Source: Pocillopora damicornis (lineage: Eukaryota). Taken from it: a stretch of 64,000 nucleotides of DNA. The stretch covers positions 868,001-932,000 of the forward strand of contig NW_020846063.1 of the NCBI RefSeq assembly GCF_003704095.1, written 5' to 3'. Below are positions 1-21,100 of the stretch, in pieces (positions within the stretch are counted from its first letter, which is position 1; the number at the start of each line of letters is the position of its first letter). The notes below the pieces were generated by a model, which ran no database searches, was not told the origin of the DNA, and was given only the letters and a program-made list of their open reading frames with translations. The translations under genes and the position numbers were made by a program.

Positions 1-7438
<7,438 letters not shown>

Positions 7439-7451
7439 CTCTTTGCTTCAA

Positions 7452-7790
7452 CAAGATGGCCGAAGTGATGAGGTAATTGCTGAAACGTTTTCACTTTCTT
7501 GCAAAAGATTCTCTCTCTTAGAACGACCTCAATTCCTCAGCGACGGTAGGAGTTCCGTGAACTCGTTAAATTCGTTTGTTTTGGTTCAGCAACTTGTCAC
7601 CTTCTCCCACGTTTTTCACGAAGGATTTAAGCGATAGAACTTTAGTTCCTTCGTCCTTCGCCGATTGAAGCGCCCCAGAAGCGCTTCTTCTACTTCACGT
7701 AGAATCTCACCTTGTATTTATAGTCCATCCGAGATATGCGGGGTGCACCCAGATTCTTCAGGGCTAACTGTTGCATTGTGGGAGTGACGT
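7452..7790 (-). promoter_or_regulatory. POLR2A core/proximal promoter (TATA box, ZNF143/Staf-like site, YY1-like site)
   Basis: On the - strand: TATAAATA at 7722-7715, TCCCACAATGCA at 7783-7772 (ZNF143/SBS-like) and CGGCCATCTT at 7461-7452 (YY1-like) in the 5'UTR. A TGACGT half-CRE lies at 7785-7790 on +. These are motif matches only. Confidence 0.6.
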
Positions 7791-8329
7791 ACCCATCACA
7801 ACCTTGCGCTGGGGGTAGGGGATAGCAATATTTTTGGCTTACTTACACGTAATTTTACTATTTTTTAAATGAAGTCATTTTGCTTTTCGTTTGTGGGAAT
7901 TTAAATTGATATAACAGCCATCAAATTTGTCAACTGAATGTTACTATTTCAATTTGATTCAGTAGTGAAGGACGTTTATTCTTCATAATTTCTTCCAGTT
8001 TTAAACAAACCATTGACATTGTCAGTAACGAGTTAAAATTTTTCCCAAAGTTTGTTCAGGATTGGCTGGGTTTCAGCACAGATGAGGAGAAACACAAACT
8101 TATGAACAACTTTAAAATAAAAGTGCTTTATTAACATTTTTCCTTATGCACAACTGTTAATGCAGCAGAGATTGATCCTTGACATGAAATTATTGTGTAT
8201 CAGCAAGAGACAAAAGCAACATCATCGCCTCATCACAAGGAATTGAGGACATTTCAAATCAAGTCCTAAATAGATTAGTATATCCACCAAAAATCCGGAC
8301 AATTCTGAATACTTTCAAAAATAACGTTG

Positions 8330-10568
8330 TCACTTCAATTTATGGAACAAATGATGTGCCACCTGTAAAAAATAATATTAAAATCATTATAAATTATGTA
8401 AATATGCAACATTGAAACATAGTGAGAAAGAAGGAAATGTAAATGCAGTACAGAACAATAAAGCCGATGAAGTGAATGTTATTTAGCTTGTAACTACATC
8501 TGATGGTCAAAGTTTAGTCTGAGTTTGATCTAGTACAATAGCTTATTTGCTTGAACTTCACTGCTAGAGGATTCAATACACCTATTCGAGGTAACAATTC
8601 ATGGATACCAGAAGAATAGATTCACTGACACTTTTAAGAGGAATGAAGGAAAGGCAGATCAGCATTTCAACTACTTACAAGTTTCTGCTTTGAAAAAACA
8701 CATTAAATTGCCTTTTAAATTAAAAAATGCATGTCTTGTTCTCATTAGGTGCCTGTTTCATTTATATAGAGATCTTAAAAAAAAAAAGGTAAATTTTCAT
8801 CATACAACTTCTGACTTAAACATTCCTGTGTTACCAGATTATATGTATGTTCCCTCCAAATTGTCTTAAGAAAGCTGGAGCAAGAGAAGTGACATAAAAC
8901 ACCCACAAGGATTAAACTCATAGATCTTTAACTTTGCTTTCTCTCTCATTCCAGACTTCTTAATGCAACTCAAAAGGAATAAAATCTGGCAGTTGTGGAA
9001 AGTTGAATCGAGAAATCCCTCTTAACCAAATCATACTTATTCTTAAAAATTTAGGCACAAAAATTTGCATGGAAGCCCCCCCCCCAAAAAGTTGAAATTG
9101 AGAGAAATGAATAAAATTTCTTCATCACTGAGCACTACTGTCTAGCTGGACATGTTCTGGTTCAAATTATCTGTTTTAGTCCAAAGTTTTAAAACTAGTT
9201 GAATTTATTTTTTATTTATCACAGATTTCCATAATAAATCTGGGACTAAGAAGAGTTGGTGTGAAAATCTTTGAATAAGAAAATTTGAACCAGAACAAAT
9301 ACAAGTTCATTTTATATTAAAGCTTGCAATCTGTAGGTGACACAATAAAATTACACAAAATGAGCTACTGGACTTGAAAGCAACCTCAACAAGACTTTCA
9401 GAAATATCCAATTTTCCACATCCCACTTACACAGTGATCTGCGCACTCCATAAAATCAAAGAGTTCTTGTACACAGGTTTCCTCTGTACTTGATTTACTG
9501 CCAACACGCTCATTACAGGTATCCAGTTCTAGTTTAGCTTTGGCACATTTTGGACTCTCATTACACCCCTCGAGAATTTTTTCCCTGGGATCCTCTAGTT
9601 CCTCCTCATCTTCTTCTTCATCATCATCATCTCCACCATCACCGGCAGGCTCTTCAGCCTCTTCGCCTTCATCTTCTGGGTCAGAATCCTCAACCTTCAT
9701 GAAAAAAAATAACAAACAAGTTATAATGCCATAGTTGCACTGATGAGAGTGGTCTTGAAAAGGACTGCAGCAAGTGCCAGCGAGAGATGTTTCAACAGCA
9801 TGATTCAGATGCCACTGTCAGAGTCAAGTGCAGAGTTGTTTGTCAGATGGTCAGTTTTAGTGTTAGCTTTTGGCTGAAAACCCAAGCCACTGAAGTCTGA
9901 ATATTTCTCATTATTATTCACCTGTCATAAAGTGTGTCAACAACAGAAATTAAATGTACTATCAAATTTTTATAACCCCCATTAGAAGGGTTTATTGTAG
10001 AGAACTCTTACTATCATCAGCTTGATCTAAGATGCCTACAAAATAACTACCCATGTCATGATTTACAACTGCTGTGTGTGATTTTCCCTGATACTATTTG
10101 AACTAAGGGCTAAAGATGGCTGAAAACCTCACTAAGTGTCTTAAGTCATATTTGACTAAAAGAGAATACTAATGCAAATCATGTTTGAGCAATAAATATC
10201 TTAAATGATGTTATGTACGACAGATACGACAAAATATAATCACCTCTTGTATGCACTGTAATCCAAGTTATGTTGTAATTAATAATCTGAACATACCCCC
10301 GTCTGAAGGCAAATTACATTCAACCATCAAATTATTGATGGCAAGATACACCCCGTTTCTGTATAATTACGAAAGATCGCAATAAAGACCATCGATACCT
10401 TTAACATTCCCGCTTTATTGGCAACATCTGATTGTGAGAAATATTGTTCTCAAAGATAAATTTTTCAAGCGAGACGAGTTAACGGATTCGCAATTTCACG
10501 AAAGCGTCTCGATTTTACCTATTAAGAGCATAAGTTCATCATGAGTTTACAGCATTGCCTCATACCAT
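8330..10568 (-). CDS. UQCRH: Cytochrome b-c1 complex subunit 6 (hinge protein)
   Basis: Exons: 10566-10568 (ATG only, then GTATG donor), 9431-9694 and 8330-8362 (VAHHLFHKLK*). Acidic N-terminus followed by DPRE..C..C..LDTCNERV..EETCVQELFDFMECADHCVAHHLF, the typical hinge signature. AATAAA on - near 8127-8132. Exon 1 is the least certain part. Confidence 0.93.
9153..9297. mobile_element. Short MITE-like element in a UQCRH intron
   Basis: Perfect 16-bp inverted termini TGTTCTGGTTCAAATT (9153-9168) and AATTTGAACCAGAACA (9282-9297). Confidence 0.6.
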
Positions 10569-11142
10569 TTTCTGACTACGTGAGGTAAGTCAAGCAAGTT
10601 GTAACTATCTGTCCATGACCAATCTTTGATCACTCCTCTTCAAGCGACTGTCGTAGTAGGGTAACCACGTTTAAACAAGCGCTGTATACCGCGTTTTGTG
10701 AGATATTTATCATTTTTAATAAAAGGAGAATATTTGGAAACTTTTTTTACCTTTTCTAAGACGACTGTGCTTCCAAGAAGCGCTTTTTCTTCGTCTAAAC
10801 CCATATTTTCACGCAATATTCTTAAACCGGTCCGCCGGGAAGCTACAATCGTGGACTCTCAAGCTTAGCAGTCGAGCCTCGTAACTTTGTAGCCACGCTG
10901 TGCCTGAAAAGAATCCTGGGAACAATCCTCAAGCGGTTTGCCTCTGAAAGGAAACAAAAACAAACTGCAGTGGCAGTTCAGACACAAATTTAAAAGTAAA
11001 TTGCCCGCTGTAGGGAGCCTCTGCGCCTGACGTTTCCAGCGTTGAACATTCGTAATAATGAATGACGCTCGAAACTTCAGCTTTAGAAACTATACGGTGG
11101 CCAATTTAAATTATCAACTCAGTTTATAAACCAAATTATTAT

Positions 11143-11370
11143 TTATAAAAACTGGATCATTGGATCTTGCCATTCAAGAGTTTTGTTTTTATTGGCTTAG
11201 CCATCATGAGTTATGAGCCATTATACCATAGGCGTGCATGAAGACGAGTTAAACCAGAACTGTTTTTGTACATTGTAACATTCCGTTTGTTCTTACAAAT
11301 TAAAGTTGGGAAGATCTATCAATATATTGGGGCGTTTCAATTATTCTACTCGTGCTTGTCGGATATGAAA
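11143..11370. repeat. Inverted copy of the 53972-54250 repeat family
   Basis: ATTCAAGAGTTTT, TGGCTTAGCCATCATG, TTGGGGCGTTT and CAATTATTCTACTCG are shared with the reverse complement of 54040-54250. Confidence 0.72.
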
Positions 11371-13110
11371 TGTGCGAAACGATTCAATCTTGAAAACTCG
11401 CCTTAGTTCCCTGTCAGATAAAGGAAATCTGATTGTATCCGCTTTTCAAATGAGCTAAAACAACACGACAAAAGATATTGTCCATGATAATACATGTTTG
11501 CTTAAAATAGACTATTCAATGTTTGAAATTTGAGAATCGTTGGCTTTAACGTAAAAAGAAATCATTAACACCAGAAAAAAAATTCAGCCAACTTTTGAAA
11601 GTAAAGGATATCTGATTCAGTTTTGTCATACTAGAAAACTGAATGAGACTCAGTTGCACAAAGAAGCTTTTAGATCTCTATCTGACAACAAAAGAAATGT
11701 GATAAAATGTGATCTCACATAATGTGTACTATTCAAACATTCGGCCTTCTCTAGTATGCGATGGTCCAAAGATATCGAGCTTGTTTGATAAATTTCACAC
11801 TTCTGGCTCTCCAAATTGTCAATTCGTGTGAATTACGAGAGAACTGCACACCTGAACAAACTTCACGCTCGCATTATAGAACGGCTCGGCGCTAGAAAGA
11901 TTTTGCCATTTTTATGAGTGTAAAAGACGTTTTGTCTGAATCGGAGAGTAAAGAAAATAAGCTGTCACTAAGGGAAGGTAAGATATGAAATTTAAACCAC
12001 AAGAATTAATATTTGTCTTTTAAAAAATATGTTTAGTGGGCTGATATCTGTCCAAAATGACCACATCGACAATTTTCTGTCCGCAAAGAACAATCTTCAC
12101 TACCTTGGAACAGAGGCGCTGGACTTATATAAAAACTGTTATTTATTGAGCAAGATGACATGTTCTTGGTTAACGGATGAGGTAAATGTTGCAATTGCAT
12201 CGCATACTAGAGAAGGCCGAATGTTTGAAAAGTTTTATTCGCTTACGCTTACCAAATGGTAGCGCGAAAAACCAAGTGTTTTCTCCTTCATACCTACAGC
12301 AGCTGACAGAGTTACAAAGACTCATGTCACAACTGGGCGCTGGAAGAATTATTGTCCCTAAAAGAGGTTGACAGAAATTGTCCATGATCTATTCACCGGC
12401 GTAAAATTTATGTAATCATTGTGTTCAAGGTAGAACTTGTCTTCTGCAATAAGGTTCTCTTGCAGGTGCAAAATTTTGAGTTAGAAAGTTTAATATATTC
12501 TTTCTTTTACTAAGGGTAAGGGATTCGATAAGACCGAGAGCTCAATATATACATCACACATAACTTAACTTAACGGAGTCAGTTAATATGAATATCTAAA
12601 ATTATCTCATTGCATTGCATGGACGAACCTGTCAAACGCACTACGTTACCATTGAGAATGAAGAGAGTTGCCATTATCTGTTTAAACCTGTATTTATTCA
12701 CGGCTACTTGCACCTACCAGGACACTCGAAAAAGTTGAAGCCATTTAATTTCAGAATATTCAACCGGTAACAACGGGAACTCAAGGTTTAGAGGAGGAGG
12801 GGAAGATAGATATACGTGGTCGCTAATATCTGCACATTAATTGAAGTCCATAACACAGAAGAGCTAACACGATAGAATTAACGAAAACTTTCGTTTGTAA
12901 TTAAACACCCCACTGGTTTATTTATACAGCTTTAGGTGCGTGCACTTAAAACTACGCCAACAAACAAGAGGGTTTTATTGGCTTTAGGATCGAAACCCTT
13001 AGAACCATCGGTCGAATCTACGCGACAGGTTATTGAGTCCATTTTGCTTAAGCTGAAAGAATACAACACTGTCAAACTCTAAGTCATCTTTTCGTTTTAT
13101 ATTTGTAGCT

Positions 13111-14554
13111 ATGCAGATAACAATACTATCCATATTACACACAGCAATCCATGTCTCGCTATGTATTATGGGAACGTCAGCTTCCCTTAAGTGCCGATCA
13201 GTCGCTTCATTTTCCGACCACGCCCTTACGGGATACACCTACAAGGCAACATCCGGGATACGCTTTGAATCTTGCGTCGCAACATGTGACGCTGACCCGC
13301 ACTGTTACAGCTTTAACTACGTCATTCGCGACAAAACTTGCGAGCTCAGTAACTCTTCGCGCTCGGCCGATTCAGAGTACTTTGTGCGCAGGTCTGGGGT
13401 GGTTTACATGGACAAACTAACAGAACCCGTGGAGCACTGCAAAACACTTCCATGCAGAAACAATGGAACTTGCCAGAAAATTCAGCGCCATCCTGGGTTT
13501 GAGTGTTTTTGTCAAGATGAGTACAGAGGGGAAAAATGCGAAAGTAAGGAACGAGCTTAATTTACTTATAAGGTCTTTGATCCGTAATCGACCGAATCCA
13601 TCTACTCATGTGAGGGATACGTAGGTTGCTAACAGTAATTTACCATTATAGATTAAAAAAAGCAAAGAGCTTGCTCTCCCGTCAATCAGAAGAAATTTCT
13701 TGGTTTGTAAGGAAACTTTCGTTCAGCCTTTGCCATTGAAATAAATTTTCACAACATTGAAAACAAGATCGTTCCGTCGATAAGCTTTTTTTCGATGGGT
13801 CCAGGATTGCTGTGAAATTCCGTACATATGAGTCTTAGACAAAAATAACAGGTATCCTCATCATTAGTTTGCAGTCCTACCGCATTGGGTCTCGGTGATA
13901 ATAAACTGCCTGATCAGAATTTCAACGCCTCCTCCAGCTTACATCCATTCAGACCCAGCGACGCTCGCCTGCATGCAGCTGGTTCGTCTTGGGTCAGCGA
14001 TGGTGTCGAAAAGGACAAATTTCTGCAGATTAGTTTCCAGCCTCACCCCAGACTCATCACAAGCGTGGCCACCGAGGGTAGCCCTGGCCATGATTGGTGG
14101 GTTGTGCTTTATAATCTTCAGTACAGCTTGGACGGTGTCACGTGGTTCTACTACGAAAATGAGAACTCCCCTGGGTCACGAAAGGTGATGCAGAAATTCC
14201 TTTCCTCGCAACTAAATATTACACTAACTTGCGCTACTGTTAGAGGTTATCCCATTTTCTGTTCTTTGAAGCGACGAAGAGTATTGCTAATCCCCCTGGA
14301 TAGGATCAACAAGTTCACCGTGGAAAATTTATAATTCGAGGTGAAATATTCAGTTGTAATGTTGCAGATGGATGTACTTGTAAATAACCTATTTTCTTTC
14401 TCAGGTTTTTAATGGTAACCAAGATAGAAATAGCGTCGTGACTAACCAGCTTCATTCCCCTATAAGAGCACTGTACCTTCGTATCTCACCCTTGTTCTGG
14501 GCTGGAAAGATCGCGCTACGAGTGGAGATCTATGGATGTAACACCTACAGCTGA
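13111..14554 (+). CDS. Secreted PAN/Apple-EGF-F5/8 type C (discoidin) protein, paralog 1
   Basis: Exons 13111-13543, 13868-14184 and 14405-14554 (intron phases 1, 0). Hydrophobic N-terminus; PAN motif (DHALTG..ESCVATC..CYSFNY..CELS); EGF (C..LPCRNNGTC..FECFC..YRGEKCE); F5/8C (CSPTALG..ASSS..ARLH..SW..FLQI..VATEG..WWV..YSLDG..VFNGNQD..IALRVEIYGC). Confidence 0.88.
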
Positions 14555-15119
14555 TTACTTAGAAGCCAGGAGACATTTCAACAGTTGGCAGAGTAATTCA
14601 AACTCAGGTTATTACCACTCATCAACAACTGTTTCTTGGACTTACGCCAGGTGGAATATTTGTTCATCGACGAAAACAAACTCCTGTGATTGTAGAAGCG
14701 CAATTAGTTCAGAAATAGTCTGGGTTGAGGCCACTCTTGAAACCATGAGCCGCCGAGCTACTTTTGAAGCAATGCGTGGAAATACCGGACGGACTTATCG
14801 TTAGAGATTGGTAAAGAGCGAGCCTCCAACTCTACCTCGTCCAAACCAGCTAACATATAAATCCAATGTCAAAGATAGGATAGGCAATGCGTCAAGCAGC
14901 CTGCAATAAATTTTGACAAAGAAACGGTCTGGACGGAAGAAGAGTGGACATAAACCGAGGAATCATGAGCCAGAGAAATTCACTCTTTATTACAAACTGT
15001 ACCTTTACTCTCTAGAGTTGCTCACTATTTACATGCGTATTTACAAAACATTTTAAAGGTGACCTCAGTAATGATGATGAAAAGTATGAACAAAGAATTT
15101 TGAACGAAAAATAAATAAT

Positions 15120-18100
15120 TTAACGACGATCCGTGCTACGACGACTGGCCGCGCTGCTCACACGGGAGGAGGCCTTGGAACCAGCCGCTGAGCCAGGCCT
15201 TGAGCTCGTTTTCTTTCCTCGCGTACTGCTTGTAGGAGAGACACCTGGAAACGAGCGAGGAAACATTTAAACAGTTATTGTAATGACTGGAGTTGGAATA
15301 ATAGTAGCAGAAGTGAACCTCTCATCTCTTTCTCGATACAGTCCTTTGATGTAAATGAATCAGCTCAATAAACTAAAAAATTGAGTTATGTTCTCTCATA
15401 ATAAAATAGCAAGCAACAATGAAATGGTTTGAATTTTTTAATAAGTGGAAAATGAAAAAAAAAAGAAAAAAACAAACAAACAAACAATAGAGAAGCCTTA
15501 TCTGTTTTAATTTTACAAGAGATAATTCGTGGGTTTGTCCTTCTGGACAAACAGTGCCCCAAGCTGCGACCCTTCAGGTCGACATGGCGACTAAGTTTGC
15601 AATCATAGTCGCAAATTCAAAGACACCTATTTGATATTTCTGGCGATCATATCATGATCTGAGGCCACCTAACGGCAAATTGAAAAGAGTTTAAGCTTGG
15701 AGCTACCTAATTTCTTAAATGTTTCATTTTGTACGTAAGCTGTACTCAAGCTGTACTCAAGCAACTTGTCCCACGGCTCATGCTCTTACCTGGCTTCGGA
15801 CTCCCCGCGCCAGTGGGGCTTGCAGCACCCGCAAGAGCCAGAGCTCCAACATCAACAGTACCAACACCTCGGCGGCTGCTAGTTGAGATATCAGATCTGT
15901 ACAAGGGAACATACAATTCAATTCAAAATTAACAAGTTGCTTCTCTACTCGAGAAAAGTTCATTCACTTTAAAACATCGAGAATAAGAAGTGTAAGTCGA
16001 ATATAGGATCCGAGGTCCCTGCAGAAATATTATGTGACAAAAGCTATTTCCCAACAGCACAATGTATGTTTTCGCTTAAACTGAACAACAAGGAGAAATG
16101 AGGAGGAAAATGATTTTAGAGCAACGGCCATTCATAGCGAATAAAACTATCACATAGAACACAAAAGTTCTAAAAGTGAAGGCTAGCAGATTTTTTGAAG
16201 CACCAACAAAAGCAAAGTCAAGAGTAGTTGACAGGGCAATGAAAAGGAAAGAAAGCTACTGCAATTCAGGATTACTTTAGATATTTATTTGAAAACTGCT
16301 CGGGAAATCGCAGTGTGATCAATTACTTTTTTACCAAGTGGTGATCATTTTTTTCATTCTGCTATTCTCCAATTTTGTATCGAAGATCCATTTACAAGCG
16401 CACAAACCCTGCCTTACTCACCGAGCAGAAGACAACGTCCCAGAACTCCGCGAGCTACGAGAAGATGTTGGCCGCGACATACCAGGACCTGGGGAAGGAG
16501 GCATTGGTAACCCTGCCTGGCTGAAATAGATCTGGACACTGGGTCCTAGATCCGGATGACTGTGTAACACCTCGCCCATTTGTTTCATGGTGCGCGTATT
16601 AAAGTCCCTCAACTCTCTCAAATCCATATCCTTTTCCTCGTGAAGTTCCCCTGAACTTTTCTTGGCACTCCTTACGGAGCGCGCAATCTTGCTAGCCTCC
16701 CGGGAAGCTCGGTCTTTCTTTGTCTTCTGATCATCCAATTCCTTCTGTAAATTTGTCGCCTTGGCCTGCTTCTCAGTGATGACCTCAACCAAGCCTTGCT
16801 CGTCCGCGGTCAAGTTTTCCAAGGTGCCCTCCATAGAGCCCAGGTCTTCCTGTAACTCACGGATTTGCCGTCGTTTGTATTTATATTTATCCATCACAGC
16901 TCGCATCTGATCCTCCAAACGCTGTTTCTCGTCATACTCTTCACTCATCTCGTCCACTTTGTTAAAACTTTTCCGGTAAGTCTCGTTCCGGCCGTTCATC
17001 AGCCGCAATGTGTTTTCCAAAGCTCTATAAATAGCGAAAAAAAAAAAGCATTTTTAGTCTGCCAAGAACCTATAATGTCAAATATATCGATATTATCTTC
17101 ACTGCTAGATATTTATTGCCTGTCTTATTTCGCTTAACCCTTACCGTATCTCTTTCTCAGCCTTTCTGATCTTAGCATCCAGTTCATCTCCCTCACGCTG
17201 CAGCTCCTCCTTCTCCTGAGCTGCCTTGATAACGTAATAGGCTTGAGACCTTTCCTCCTCCCCCTCGGGAGGCGCCATTGAGATCATCAGGATTTCATAC
17301 CTGGCGCCAACAAATAGGAAATACACTATTTAAAAAGTAATGCACACAAAATTCCCTGTTACGTTTGCAATCCAATTCATTCAATCGTTGGCTCATTTAA
17401 GTTCAAGTTTATTCACCACCATAAAGTTCACAAAAATAAAATAAGTTGTAAGGAGACTTCAAGAAACCTACAGGGTTCGTTTGCTTATTCATTCACTAAC
17501 ATACTCACTGAGTTAATCATTTAAATGATAAGCCACTGTACCTTTTCCGCAATTTGTCAATCTTAGATATCCGTTCATGTAACTCGGAGCTGCAAGAAAA
17601 TGTAAAAGAACCAGTTATTTAATCTATCAAAAGAAGAAACGACATCCGTCGCGTATTTCAATTGAAATGCTTCAATACCTGACTGTCTGTCTCTCTTCCT
17701 CTGAAGATTTAATCTGTGCTTGGAGCATGTCTTTATGAATGTTTATTTCATGGCGCCGCTGTTTCATCGCCTGCAGTAGCAGTAAGACAAAGTATTGCAG
17801 CTTTAGTATGGTTCATTTTGAAAAAAAGGAATCACCTTAAGCTTGGTCACCTTACAGCAAACATTGTACAGGATACAGAACGAATTATTACGTCGTACTT
17901 TCTCTGACAGCATTATGACAGATTTGGAAAAAATGCAACGTGAAACACGAACCGTTTCCAACTGCAGTTTCCTCTTTTCGAGGTTAAGCACATTGTCTGC
18001 TTTGTTGCTTAGAGTTTCTCTGAGGCGTTTGATTTCCAGCTTCAGAATATTCTCATCCACCATAAGATCCTACGAAAAATAGAGACAAAATAAAACGTTA

Positions 18101-21100
18101 TTGAAAAATGATTGAATCAGTCAATCTATCAATTCATAGGTCTCTAGAGCAGTCAAATTCAACCTAAAAAATTTGGACGCAGAACAAACACTTATCACGC
18201 GGTTTTGTCTCTTTGGCTTGCAAGGAAGTGAATAGTTCTGGCTAATCACTAGCGGGCTGGCCAATCAGTGCACACAAAAAGCGCTTTTCATCTGTGGGGT
18301 ACATACCGACGTATTTTATGTAAAGAACATTTCCTTGTGCGTAATAAACGGAGAAACAAAAGGAAGGCTGTAGTGCAAACCTGTTTTAATGTAACAACTT
18401 TCTTCCTCTCTCTCTCTGAGCTGTCATTATGTAGATTCAGTTCCTCTGCAAAAGAAGGAGGAGTTTGAGACATCTTTCGTTCGTTCACTTTGAAAACCAA
18501 TGTTTAGACGAAAGTTTTGTATCATGGAATCATCATGATGATAAATCACTCACCGATTTTGCTGGTGAGAGTCTTCATTTCTTCTTTTCCTTTGTTTAAG
18601 TCTCGGTTTGCACGTCTTAGATCATCCTATGGAAAATGAAAGTTCGAAAAAACAAAATAATAACTATGGCTTTTCAGAGTTACCTTTACATCTCTACACA
18701 ATTTTTTTTAAGCGACAGGTTGAGCCATTCATCAAACTTACGTTCAAGTTCTTCATTTGAGCATTGAGAAGTGCGTGAGTGGAGTTGTGTTCCTCCATCT
18801 GAGACATTAGATCCTGGAAAAAGTTAAGATAAAAGGACAATCAATAAGAACTGTCTTCATCTCCACTAAGTCAAGTGTCATAGTCAAAGTGCCATAACGT
18901 GAAATTTTCACCTCTGAACACAATGCCCATAAAAGTACAATCAACACTTGTAAACTTTATACCTTTATTCTGGCCTCAAGTTGCAGTTTCTCTTCATTAC
19001 TTCGCTCTCCCTGCATGCGGCTTATTCTTCGCTCCAACTGTTGCAGTTGAAAATCCTACAAAACCACAAACAAAGCAATTACAGTACTTCAGTTAAAACA
19101 ATATAATGTAAGACAATGCTCAAAAATCCCATACATGGACTATGAAGTCTAAATTGAATCTTCCTCTGGGTGTGATATTTAGAAGGAGATCCTAGTCTTC
19201 ACATAGATATGACTCAGAATGAAAGGTTGACAACAATCAGCTCTCACAGTAATCCTAACCTGCATATAAATAATTTCCTGTTGTTTGAGTGATTCCTGAT
19301 CAAGTTTGTGTAGTTTACTGCTCAAGTTCCTACTGGCAGCTCTTGCACCCTGGACAAAATAAGAAAATCACATAAAAAAACAATTGAAGATTGAAATTGT
19401 TAAGACATATACATCCTCCCATTGTCCCAGTCAAGAGAATTGGGATAACAGCAAACCCTAATTACCTGAATTTCAGCTGCAGTATTGTTTTCCAAAACTT
19501 TACATTCATGCAGTTCCTCTGTTTTTCTGAACTAAAAAAGGAAACATTTCATGGCAATTACTTCTCATCGTTTATTTTTATTACATTTCACAGTCTTATG
19601 TTAGTCTTGGTGTACAATTGTCCATTCTGTCCCCACCTCCCCCAAAGAAGAATAGGAGAGTCTCCACATGATTTCTTGGTAAAAAGGAGTGAGGAGAAAC
19701 AAGTTACTATAAACAGGTCGCCGGTCTGTGAACATAATAAATATATAAATTCTTAGCTTTGAATTCCAAAAATGGCTCATCAATAATAATTACTGGTAAT
19801 TAAAAAGAAAATCATGCTGCTGGTTGCTAGAATGACAATTTAATTTGACTAACAGAAAACCAAAAAAATTGCAAGTTACTAACCATAAATATAGCTATGC
19901 TGGCATTTAGAAAAGTGCATAGTAGTCAAAAAAACCCACCATGAATTGTTATTTTACTATGCCGACTATAGAAGAACCACCTTCATCTTTAAAATGTTAC
20001 CTGAGTTTCACGAAGTCTGGCAAGCTGTTTTTCCACATCATAAATACGAGTTTCTTCTTCCTTTAACAGCATGTCCATTCTTTGAGCTTTTTCTTCTGCA
20101 GTGAGAGTCTCATCGGTAACAATTTTCAGCTGATGCCGCAGATCATCTCGCTCCTTTTGCACTCTATCAAGCCTAAATGGTTCACATGACTCAGTCAGCT
20201 TAAATTTGCAATCACTGTGAGAAAGTAGCACAATGCATATACTGTGGAGACACTACTAATAAAACATACATGTTCATCAATTCACAAAGAACAGTCATAT
20301 CAAGTTATTTTTTTGTAATAGGTTCCTGGGTTCAACAACTGGTAACTGTTGGCATCACTTAGGTCATAGTGATGGGTATGTACAATATATATACCTTTCT
20401 GTTCTGTTGGTAACTTCTTTCTTGAGCAGATTATGTTTATGCCTGGCACTTTCAAGATCTCTTGCTGTCCTGTCCACAGTGTATTTCAGCGTGTCAAGCT
20501 GACAAATGCAAAGAAACACAAGAAGAATTGTTAACTAAAGAACACTTGAATAACCAAAAGCAAATTCTAGCCTAGCTTTAGTATTAGGTTTAGAAACTTA
20601 ATTAACACCGGGAGAACTGAATGCCTCTTACTAAATAAGCTTTACATGCATCTCAGCTTCAGCACCTAAATAAGTTGAACTTCACAGTTCAAAGCTGAGT
20701 TACAATTATAAGAAACAAACAATTTTCAACATTTTAGAAGGCCACTCCTTTTAAAATTAAATTTACAAAAAAATGCCTTCTCTATTTAACAATTTATACT
20801 CAATAAACATGCAGAGGTAAACAACTGAAGATTTACCTCATCTTGAAACTGTATCCTAATTTGTTCAGCATCCTGGTACTCCAGACGCAATTTGGCCGCC
20901 TGTCTTTCAGCCACTCCAACTTTCTTCTCTTTTTCTTGGTTGTTAGCAAGCTCACTCTCCAGAAATTTCTGTTATAATCAGAAACCAGGAGGAGAAAGAT
21001 TTTACTTCATAAAATCTGTCACTCCCAGGTAATTTGGAGATTGAAAACTAATAAGACATGATGGATAAGTTAAAAAACATAGAAATTACTAGGTCTGCTC

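Noticed and set aside
9733-9775. CTGATGA-GAG-TGGT-CTT-GAAA resembles a hammerhead ribozyme core
   Set aside because: There is no NUH cleavage triplet with a valid stem I/III in either topology (GAAAAGGAC precedes the stem I complement). It is likely part of a decayed repeat.
14532-14804. 90-aa ORF overlapping the end of paralog 1
   Set aside because: Out of frame with the F5/8C exon, lies in the probable 3'UTR, and has no recognisable homology.
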